Shown in pieces: positions 56,424 through 64,000 of a stretch of 64,000 bases of DNA. The DNA is from Candidatus Woesebacteria bacterium. GTDB taxonomy: Bacteria; Patescibacteriota; Microgenomatia; UBA8517. The stretch is taken from positions 85,036 to 149,035 of the forward strand of contig JAGVAE010000002.1 of assembly GCA_020060565.1 (NCBI GenBank), written 5' to 3'. The first letter of the stretch is position 1. Each line of letters starts with the position of its first letter. Below the pieces are notes generated by a model. It was not told the DNA's origin. It did not search any database and was given only the letters and a program-made list of their open reading frames with translations. Position numbers and translations under genes: made by a program.

Positions 56424-57293
56424 ATGAAGACATTTAAGATTGTACTTATTATTATTGCCTCCGTTGCGGTTCTTTCGGCTACTTCACTACTTTTAATTGG
56501 TTATTTTAATCCCAAACCAGGTGGCCTTTTAGTTGATACAGTTCCTTCATCAAGTGTGTTTATAAATGGTAATTTTGTTGGTAAAACTCCATATAGAGGA
56601 ACAAATACTGTTGGGCAAATCAGTCTTAAATTGGTTCCTGAGGCGTCTGATAGGAATCTTATTGCTTACGAAACTAAGGTGGGTTTGGTTTCAGGAATTG
56701 AAACAGTGGTTAGACGTGAATTTGGAGAGTCGGAGGAGGAGTCCTCGGGAGATGTCATTTCATTTGAAAAAACTGGGGGGGATTCTTCTGGGTTGGTTGT
56801 AGTTTCTTCACCAGATAATGCTCAAGTGTTAATTGATGGATTTGTTCAGGGGTTTACTCCTTATAGTTTGGGATCTACCACCATTGGAAACCATAATATT
56901 ACAGTTAACGCCCCAGGATACATAGATAAAAGTATTGGAGTAAAAACCAGAAAGGGTTATAAACTTACCATTTTTGTAAAACTGGCCAAATCTCAAGAAG
57001 TAGCTCCAAGTCCATCTCCTTCAATATCTTCTCAAACAGAGAGTAAAACATATGTGGTGATTGGGGAAACCCCAACTGGATTTTTAAGAATGAGGACAAA
57101 GCCAGGAACTACGGGTGAGGAAATTGCAGAACTAACGGTGGGTAGCAAGTACTTATTTATTGAAACAGATATCCCATCTGGTTGGTATAAAATTCAATAC
57201 AAAGATCCCGCCCCAGGTCTTCCAAATGGTATAACTGGTTGGGTTTCTAACCAATATGTGCAGATTTCTACGGAAAGTGGGACACTAAATTAG
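56424..57293 (+). CDS. PEGA-domain protein with C-terminal SH3b-like domain
   Basis: VFINGNFVGKTP and SSPDNAQVLIDG...GFTP (PEGA); FLRMRTKPG...WYKI...GWVS (SH3b). Confidence 0.88.
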   Translation: MKTFKIVLIIIASVAVLSATSLLLIGYFNPKPGGLLVDTVPSSSVFINGNFVGKTPYRGTNTVGQISLKLVPEASDRNLIAYETKVGLVSGIETVVRREFGESEEESSGDVISFEKTGGDSSGLVVVSSPDNAQVLIDGFVQGFTPYSLGSTTIGNHNITVNAPGYIDKSIGVKTRKGYKLTIFVKLAKSQEVAPSPSPSISSQTESKTYVVIGETPTGFLRMRTKPGTTGEEIAELTVGSKYLFIETDIPSGWYKIQYKDPAPGLPNGITGWVSNQYVQISTESGTLN

Positions 57294-58262
57294 TTAGGTT
57301 GTGGCAACTACTGAAATTCCTGAATAAAGAATAAGATAGACCAGGGTCACCCAAAGGCCAATAGCTATTATCAGAGATTTGTCTGTTAGAAGTAGTCTTT
57401 CTGGAGTTTCACTTCTATTTTCAAATATAAGAGATTCATACCTCATTATTCCGAAAATTGTCACAGGAATTGTAAACATCATCAGTTTATCAATAGTTGT
57501 AGTTCGACTTACTTCAGCCAGAGCCATCCAAAAAGGAAGTGTCGCTTTGGGACTTTCAAAAAAAGTAAAAAGTGCCCAGGACATCCAAGAAGCACTGGCA
57601 AACATAGTAACAAATGAATTTAGAAGCTCCTTTTTATAATCTCCCAAACTCTTTCTAGTTATTGGATTATCTCCTCCAATTACATTAAGTTCTGCTCTAC
57701 GCTTTCCAGAGGCAAGGAAAAGAGCCACTGAAATTACACAAAGCAAAAACCAAACAGAAAGGTGGGCATTAACAACAAATGCCCCTGCATATACACGCAT
57801 TACAAATCCTGTAGCGATAATTACAATATCGACAACGGCGATATTTTTTAATCCAAGACTATATGCAATTTGAAGAATCATATAAACAAGAACTAAAAAG
57901 AAAAATATAACATTAAGATTAATGCTAATTAAGAATGAAACTCCCGCTAAAACCAGACCCTCAATTATGGCCACACGAACAGGAAGGACACCTGAAGCTA
58001 TTGGGCGATACCTTTTTTTAGGATGGAGGCGATCTCTCTCAACATCTTGAATATCGTTTAATATGTAGGCTGCGGATGTAGCAAAACAGAAAGCTATAAA
58101 TGCTTGAAATGACAACACAAAAAGATCTTTTTCAAACATTGTTCCTGAAAGAAAGACTGCAGCAAAAATAGCCAAGTTTTTAATCCAGTGAACTGGTCGT
58201 GCAACCTTAATCATTGCAACAACTATGTTATCTTTTTGTTTTTCGATCGGTGTGTTAACCAT
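57294..58262 (-). CDS. UbiA-family polyprenyl-phosphate phosphoribosyltransferase (DPPR synthase-like)
   Basis: RPVHWIKN, YILNDIQDVERDRLHPKKRYRPIASG, GKRRAE; start placed at MVNTP. Confidence 0.88.
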   Translation of the reverse strand: MVNTPIEKQKDNIVVAMIKVARPVHWIKNLAIFAAVFLSGTMFEKDLFVLSFQAFIAFCFATSAAYILNDIQDVERDRLHPKKRYRPIASGVLPVRVAIIEGLVLAGVSFLISINLNVIFFFLVLVYMILQIAYSLGLKNIAVVDIVIIATGFVMRVYAGAFVVNAHLSVWFLLCVISVALFLASGKRRAELNVIGGDNPITRKSLGDYKKELLNSFVTMFASASWMSWALFTFFESPKATLPFWMALAEVSRTTTIDKLMMFTIPVTIFGIMRYESLIFENRSETPERLLLTDKSLIIAIGLWVTLVYLILYSGISVVATT

Positions 58263-59293
58263 AATATTAGACCCCCAAGAAATATAGCTATCCCCACTAT
58301 TGTATAAATCTTTGCTCCCGTATTCAAATTCAGAGCAATGATTCCAAGTATGGCAGTTATTCCCCAATAAAAAAGAGCAACCTGTCCCTTTGTAAAACCA
58401 GCATCTAAAAGTCTGTGATGGAGATGGCCCCTGTCTCCCCAAACGGGAGATTTGCCATTTCTGATTCTATTAACTATTACATATCCAGTATCAATTAGTG
58501 GAACACCAAGAACCACAAGAAGTACACCAACTTTAGTGGTTGCAAGAATTGAAAGAACACCCAAAAGATATCCCGCCAAAGTACTTCCTCCATAACCAGG
58601 CATTATTTTTTGGGGGAAGGCGTGCCATGGCAAAAAACCGAGATATGCACCAGCTGTAATTCCTGCTAGAATTATAACCGGCCATTGAGTAATATCAGCA
58701 GAAAACTTAATAGAAAGAAAAGCTATTGTTAGGGCTGCAATAATAGTGACACCACTGAGCTGTCCGTCCACCCCCTTAGCTCCCATATTTAACATGTTCA
58801 TTAAAAATGTTATCCAAAATATACCAAATAGACTGGAAACCAACCAAATAGTATGTGTGCCAAATAGGTTAAAAGTAATTTGTGGCTGACTTAAATCAAG
58901 GGTTCCTCCCAATGGGTTTGTAATAAACGCAATTCCAATTCCAGCAGCAATTGGAGCTGCCGCAGCCAAGGCACCAATACCAAGTCGAAGATATGGATTG
59001 AGATTGTATTTGTCATCCAACACTCCCATGAAAACCAAGATTAAAGCTCCAATCAGAATTCCTATTAAATGTTTATCAATGGGTAAAAAAATAAGGGCGG
59101 AAATAAAGAGTGCCAGAAATATCGGTATTCCACCACCCCTAGGAGTAGGAACAGAATGAATGACTTTTGGGTGCTTTGTCTTTTTGGGGTCATCAATGAT
59201 ACCCAGCCGTCCCGCAAACTTAATTACCAAAGGCGTAACAAGAAAAGACACTACAGTTGCTACCAACCAAGGAAAGAGAAAGATATTTTGCAT
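58223..59293 (-). CDS. WecA/TagO-like polyprenyl-phosphate GlcNAc-1-P transferase (MraY superfamily)
   Basis: PTPRGGG, GVLDD, GVDG, MPGYGGS, DRGHLHHRL. Confidence 0.9.
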   Translation of the reverse strand: MQNIFLFPWLVATVVSFLVTPLVIKFAGRLGIIDDPKKTKHPKVIHSVPTPRGGGIPIFLALFISALIFLPIDKHLIGILIGALILVFMGVLDDKYNLNPYLRLGIGALAAAAPIAAGIGIAFITNPLGGTLDLSQPQITFNLFGTHTIWLVSSLFGIFWITFLMNMLNMGAKGVDGQLSGVTIIAALTIAFLSIKFSADITQWPVIILAGITAGAYLGFLPWHAFPQKIMPGYGGSTLAGYLLGVLSILATTKVGVLLVVLGVPLIDTGYVIVNRIRNGKSPVWGDRGHLHHRLLDAGFTKGQVALFYWGITAILGIIALNLNTGAKIYTIVGIAIFLGGLILWLTHRSKNKKIT

Positions 59294-59294
59294 A

Positions 59295-59627
59295 TTAGAA
59301 AAAACCAACCAAAAGAACAATCTTAACTACAGTTATAGCAAGAAGAAGGGAAACAAAGCTACTTGATATGATCAATGCCTTTATTAAGAAAGTATCTTTT
59401 ATAAAATTGGAGATAAGAATGTTTGTAGACGTAATAAACAAACCCACCACGGGAGCTGCAATAAGAAAAAGGGAGGGGGTTAACTGTTCCATTCCAGACG
59501 GTAGACCATAGAAAAAAGGAACTACTGGCGGAAGAAATTCTCTTATAATCAAAACAAAGAAAATTAGTAATAGATTTAAAACAACCGAGAAATAGACACT
59601 GCCTTTAAATGGTATGTTTTTCCACAT
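59295..59627 (-). CDS. small membrane protein
   Basis: Three TM helices, LPPVVPFFYGLPSGMEQL. Confidence 0.7.
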   Translation of the reverse strand: MWKNIPFKGSVYFSVVLNLLLIFFVLIIREFLPPVVPFFYGLPSGMEQLTPSLFLIAAPVVGLFITSTNILISNFIKDTFLIKALIISSSFVSLLLAITVVKIVLLVGFF

Positions 59628-59645
59628 CTCAGGCTTAATATTACA

Positions 59646-61133
59646 CTACTTACCTTTAGGAGCCAAATCAATCCTGGAGTATACATCTGCATTTTCAATT
59701 TGAGAGATAAGAAGATATTTAGTTTTGATAAGTGGGTATATATTTGGAAACGGATGTTGTGAAGTTAAAATAATAAATTTGGGAGGATTAACTGTTAGTT
59801 GTTTTGTCACTTCCTCAAAATTTGAAAAATCATTAATATGATAGTCAGCAACGTATTTAATTGGAGGAAGTCTGCGGGATAGAGCATAGACAGTGGCTGA
59901 ATCAGGATCCCACATGAAGACTTTTTCAGAAGGCATACTCGAAGAAACAAGAAAATCTGAAATCTTGTAATTTCTGTTTACCGAACTTGCAAAACCACGA
60001 AAGTATTGAGCTTTATTTATATTTCCTGTAGCGAAATTAATAAAGCGCAAATAATAGCTTCCTGTTTGGTAATAATAGAATTTATAATAAACCGGAACAA
60101 AGAAGCAGATAGTAAGGGGAATAACCACAAGAGATTGTTCGATTGTTTTTTCTGCAAAAAACATTCCCAAGAAGAAAGAAGCAGGAGCTAGTATTTGGAT
60201 ATAATAGTGAGGATAGGGTCTTTCTGAAAGAGTTACTGCAAAAAGACCTAGAAGTGTCCAAACACAAAAAAGAATGAAATTTTTGGATAGCTTCTTTCGG
60301 AATAGATAAAGAACGACGGTTCCAGCAAAAACTACAGCTGCGCGTATTAAAAGTGGAGCATTTCTAACATAGAAAGGTTTTTGTATGTCCCCTGGTCTAA
60401 AACTACTTAAGTAGCCCACATTCTGCATAAAAGCGGCCTTAATATATTCAGGAAGTGCTCCCGCTGCGTAGTACCAGGCAAAGAAAAATAGTATTGGGAT
60501 AATAAAACCAAGTCCCAGAATCAATGTATTTTTAATTACCCCTTTCCAATCCTTAAAATTGGTGGTAATTAGCCAGTAAATTACTATGATAGGAAGGTCA
60601 AATGCCGCAGGGATTTTAAATAATGCCCCAATCCCAAACATCATTCCTGCAAAAAATAACTTTTTGAAACTTAAACTTCCGTTAAGTAGGATATAGAGAG
60701 CAATAAGACTGAATCCGATCATAAATGGCTCTGCATTGACAATGTTTCCTTCAAATAAAGGAATAGTAGTTAGGATGGCGAAGATAAAGGTGGATATCTT
60801 TTGGATTTTGTCATTACTCGCAAAAAGTTTGGCTGCAAGCTTATAAAAGAAAGCAATAGTGAGCATATTCCAAAAAGCCAGGATTGCCTTAAACCAGAAT
60901 AGATTTCCCGCAATAGCAGCTGTTAAATAAAGAAGGGGAGGTTTATTGTCATGAATATCTTTAAATAAAGTCAGTCCCTGTCTAACTCCCTGGCCGAGAG
61001 TTAGATAAATCATTTCGTCTCCGTAGTAGTAGGGCTCAAAGAAAGAAGGGATTCTAAGGATTAAAACCAAAGCCAAAATCCCCACTACCCAGGCGGGAAG
61101 GTGAATTTTGTGAATCCAATGAGTTTTTGGCAT
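59646..61133 (-). CDS. GT-C fold (ArnT/PMT-like) membrane glycosyltransferase
   Basis: GDEMIY...DIHDNKPPLLY, NAE, many TM, YPHYY. Confidence 0.8.
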   Translation of the reverse strand: MPKTHWIHKIHLPAWVVGILALVLILRIPSFFEPYYYGDEMIYLTLGQGVRQGLTLFKDIHDNKPPLLYLTAAIAGNLFWFKAILAFWNMLTIAFFYKLAAKLFASNDKIQKISTFIFAILTTIPLFEGNIVNAEPFMIGFSLIALYILLNGSLSFKKLFFAGMMFGIGALFKIPAAFDLPIIVIYWLITTNFKDWKGVIKNTLILGLGFIIPILFFFAWYYAAGALPEYIKAAFMQNVGYLSSFRPGDIQKPFYVRNAPLLIRAAVVFAGTVVLYLFRKKLSKNFILFCVWTLLGLFAVTLSERPYPHYYIQILAPASFFLGMFFAEKTIEQSLVVIPLTICFFVPVYYKFYYYQTGSYYLRFINFATGNINKAQYFRGFASSVNRNYKISDFLVSSSMPSEKVFMWDPDSATVYALSRRLPPIKYVADYHINDFSNFEEVTKQLTVNPPKFIILTSQHPFPNIYPLIKTKYLLISQIENADVYSRIDLAPKGK

Positions 61134-61187
61134 CCACTTATATTACCCCTAAAGCCAAACTGTAATCAATGATATATAATTGACAGT

Positions 61188-62135
61188 ATGGAAAAGGTTT
61201 TAGTTACGGGTGGGGCGGGGTTTATTGGAAGCCATTTATGTGAGTATTTACTAAATAAAGGTTATAAAATAGTTTGCTTGGATAACTTGATAACTGGATC
61301 CAAAAGAAACATAGAGCCCTTTTTGGGAAACCCAAATTTCGAGTTTATTGAGGCAGATGTGACAAGTGGCGAATCAGTAAATCAGTTAATCAATAAATCA
61401 GTTAATTATATTTTTCATCTTGCATCTCCCGCATCCCCCGTGGACTTTGAAAAACTTTCAGAAGAAATTTTAACTGTTAATTCTATTGGGGTATTGAAGC
61501 TTTTGGAATTGACAAAAAATACCAAAGCGAAGTTTTTAATGGCTTCGACATCCGAAGTATATGGGGACCCTAAAGAAAATCCTCAAAAAGAAACCTATTG
61601 GGGAAATGTCAATTCATTTGGTCGAAGATCTTGTTATGACGAAGGAAAGCGTTTTGCTGAAGCTGCCTGTTATGTTTATTTAAAAAAATATGACGTGGAT
61701 TTGCGAGTTGTCAGAATTTTTAATACTTACGGACCCAGAATGAGGACAGATGATGGTAGAGCACTCATAACTTTTGTAATGGAAGCTATAAAAAATGAAC
61801 CACTCACTGTTTTTGGGGATGGAACACAAACAAGGTCTTTTTGTTATGTAACAGATTTAGTTGAAGGATTATTTAAAGCTATGTTTACAGATGGGACCAA
61901 AGGGGAGGTCTTTAATATAGGTAATCTTGAAGAATATTCCATGAATGATTTAGCGAAGAAAATAAAGGAAATGACAGCAACACCATCAAAAATTGTTTAC
62001 AAGGATTTGACTTCTGATGACCCCAAACAAAGACGCCCTGATATATCAAAAGCCAAGAATATTTTAGATTGGGAACCGAAAGTGGGGGTAACCGAAGGTC
62101 TTCAAAAAACAATTGAGTATTATCAGAGTATCTGA
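61188..62135 (+). CDS. UDP-glucuronate decarboxylase-like SDR epimerase/dehydratase
   Basis: TGGAGFIGSHL, HLASPASP, STSEVYGDP, YDEGKR, RIFNTYGP, DDPKQRRPDI. Confidence 0.92.
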   Translation: MEKVLVTGGAGFIGSHLCEYLLNKGYKIVCLDNLITGSKRNIEPFLGNPNFEFIEADVTSGESVNQLINKSVNYIFHLASPASPVDFEKLSEEILTVNSIGVLKLLELTKNTKAKFLMASTSEVYGDPKENPQKETYWGNVNSFGRRSCYDEGKRFAEAACYVYLKKYDVDLRVVRIFNTYGPRMRTDDGRALITFVMEAIKNEPLTVFGDGTQTRSFCYVTDLVEGLFKAMFTDGTKGEVFNIGNLEEYSMNDLAKKIKEMTATPSKIVYKDLTSDDPKQRRPDISKAKNILDWEPKVGVTEGLQKTIEYYQSI

Positions 62136-62161
62136 CGCAACAAATCAATTAAAAATTAAAA

Positions 62162-63652
62162 CTACACCTTCTCAGTAACTTTGTACTCTATATATTTTCC
62201 AAGCATTAAACGGGTGTGGGCATCAAGTCCTGGAAGGGCTGAAAATAAAAGCCCTGCAATAGGCATTAGAACAAATTCAAATGGTGCAAAAATTACTCTC
62301 CATATAGAAACTTCTTTGGGACGGGGTGGCTTTTGAATATAGTCAATTATGAGCATAATAACCAAGAATGCAAGAGAAATAGTAAGAACGAAGGATGATA
62401 GTTTTGGAACTGTATAACCTAGGGCGGTTCTGCCAAAAGCGGGATTAATAAGAGTTGGGACAGTAAGCCCTATGGTAATTAAAAACCAATTAACTGGCCA
62501 AAGGAAATGTGCCCAAACGATCTGAATAAGTCTCATTGTTTTATCCCAAAAAGGAATATCTTTTGATAGAAGATAGCTTTTTATTACCCAGGGATCGTCA
62601 CTTACTCCCCATGCCCATCTTTTAATCTGTTCATACTGAGTTTTTAGGGTCTTCCAAAAAGAAGTTGATTGGGCAGCATCAGCCATTAAAGGAAGATAAA
62701 TTGGTTCTACCTCAATTCCACCTCCACTTTTATAGAAAGCCTTGAAAAATATTCCCCAGTCTTCTGGAATTTTATCTGCATCCCAGTAACCAACACTATC
62801 TAAGAGTTTGTATGAAAGGGTGTAGTTTTGTCCGTTGATTAACTTGTCACGGCGGGAGAGCTGCGACATGTTATAAATACTCATTAAGGTATTGGGTACT
62901 CGGGTAATAGCTGGAATTTCCCAGATATTGTTATAAAACATAACAGCAGGTTGCCAAAAAGTCTTATATCTATTTGGATTATCTAAGAATCTAAAGGCGA
63001 GATTGGCAAAATGCTTGGGGTGAAATTTATGATCTGCATCACAAGAAGTGACTGTAACGTAGTTGATATCAATTTTATTTAAATCAATGTAGTTTTCCTT
63101 TATCCAGATTGCAGCAAATCTTTCATTACTGGCTTTGCCTGCAACTTCACCTGGGACCAGTTCATGAACTGTCATATAAAGATGTCCAAAAACACCCTTA
63201 AACTTTTTAAAGAGTTCTTCAAACTTTGCTTCTCTGTCTTGTTTTATCTCTTTTTCCTCCATAGCAAGAACAGGAATGATCTGACCAGTGGGAAAGTCTT
63301 GGATGGCAAGAGAACTAAGAGTTCGCTCAAGAACATGAATAGGTTCTTTATAAGTTGGGATAATTACAACATGACGAACTTTCTGGTAGTCGGGAAAGCC
63401 TTTAACATCAGCCATCCAGTTGTAGATTTTTGCTGCCTGTATTTTTGTATGAGAGATAATTGATGAGACTGCAATTTGAAGTGATTGATAAAACCAGTAA
63501 ATATTAAAAAATAAAATAAAGTAAGCTACAAATACAGGAAAAACAAAAATGCCCCAATAAGGAAGAAGAATTAAATTCCAGGATACAAACCCCGGTAAAA
63601 TCTCCAGTGCCCTAAGAATCCCTTTGTCATGTTTTATAATAAAATCACGCAT
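62162..63652 (-). CDS. processive GT2 membrane glycosyltransferase
   Basis: IPTYKE, GK, DAD, PED, QIKRW (D,D,D,QxxRW). Confidence 0.88.
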   Translation of the reverse strand: MRDFIIKHDKGILRALEILPGFVSWNLILLPYWGIFVFPVFVAYFILFFNIYWFYQSLQIAVSSIISHTKIQAAKIYNWMADVKGFPDYQKVRHVVIIPTYKEPIHVLERTLSSLAIQDFPTGQIIPVLAMEEKEIKQDREAKFEELFKKFKGVFGHLYMTVHELVPGEVAGKASNERFAAIWIKENYIDLNKIDINYVTVTSCDADHKFHPKHFANLAFRFLDNPNRYKTFWQPAVMFYNNIWEIPAITRVPNTLMSIYNMSQLSRRDKLINGQNYTLSYKLLDSVGYWDADKIPEDWGIFFKAFYKSGGGIEVEPIYLPLMADAAQSTSFWKTLKTQYEQIKRWAWGVSDDPWVIKSYLLSKDIPFWDKTMRLIQIVWAHFLWPVNWFLITIGLTVPTLINPAFGRTALGYTVPKLSSFVLTISLAFLVIMLIIDYIQKPPRPKEVSIWRVIFAPFEFVLMPIAGLLFSALPGLDAHTRLMLGKYIEYKVTEKV

Positions 63653-63654
63653 GG

Positions 63655-64000
63655 TTATTTTGTAAGGCGGGGAAAAAGCGGATCAATAGTTTTTATTTTT
63701 GAATTACTGAATTGATCTAACACTTTCTTGGCAGTTTCTGGTAAAAATGGTTGCAGATCATATGCAATTGCTAATATTTTATCAATTACAGAATCTAAAA
63801 TATCAGTTTTTTCTGAAGTGTTTTCCCAGAGTTTTTCTTCAGAAATTATTCCGTCAACAATTCGGATATTAGTCCAAATGTCGTCAAGTGCTTGACCAAA
63901 TTGAAAATTGGTCAGGTTTGTTTCAATTGAGTCTAGACTAAACGTCGAAGGCTTTGGTTGTCCAGGACGGTTTTGTAGTTCAGCTAATTTTCCAACTCTT
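63655..64000 (-). CDS. metG: methionyl-tRNA synthetase, C-terminal part (runs off the window edge)
   Basis: Manual translation ...QALDDIW...EEKLWE...LQPFLPETAKKV...PLFPRLTK*. Confidence 0.8.
   Translation of the reverse strand, partial: RVGKLAELQNRPGQPKPSTFSLDSIETNLTNFQFGQALDDIWTNIRIVDGIISEEKLWENTSEKTDILDSVIDKILAIAYDLQPFLPETAKKVLDQFSNSKIKTIDPLFPRLTK

Noticed and set aside
58263-58442. Cys-rich N-terminal extension of the UbiA ORF
   Set aside because: Alternative frame of the upstream WecA-like gene; start placed at 58262.
63941-63970. Possible repeat-derived patch (GTCGAAGG...TCCAGGACGG) in metG
   Set aside because: Single copy near the window edge; only a short core is shared with the REP-like element, too little to support.
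1-64000. CRISPR array or rRNA genes
   Set aside because: No regularly spaced 25-40 bp repeats with unique spacers and no rRNA-like segment seen.

Overview
AT-rich chromosomal segment from a reduced-genome bacterium. Gene content and style point to Patescibacteria/CPR, probably Microgenomates (an inference, not a database result). Left to right: (1) the right part of an integrative element (KAP-family P-loop NTPase, XRE, RHH, HTH, large serine recombinase) running into the 3' end of tRNA-Ser(GGA); (2) a cluster with all four tRNA-Ser isoacceptors, tRNA-Arg(GCG), a one-gene cassette flanked by a 38-bp tRNA-derived direct repeat, comF, tmRNA and smpB; (3) a ~17 kb secretion/pilus-like locus with eight tandem VirB2/TrbC-like pilins, a Cys-rich protein with a lytic-transglycosylase-like tail, VirB6-like, PrgI-like and VirB4-like genes and a HExxH protein, with no relaxase or VirD4 in view; (4) dnaN-oriC-dnaA-rpmH-rnpA-yidD-yidC-jag; (5) housekeeping and envelope genes (rnhA, rplY, valS, tsaD, tsaC-tsaE fusion, groES/EL with CIRCE, tRNA-Cys, glycosylation genes, metG end). 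Most unusual: the tmRNA acceptor stem lacks the G3.U70/A73 alanine identity, and degenerate 7/8-bp tandem repeats plus a REP-like element sit in frame inside core genes (four in tsaD). All calls come from reading motifs by eye; no searches were run.
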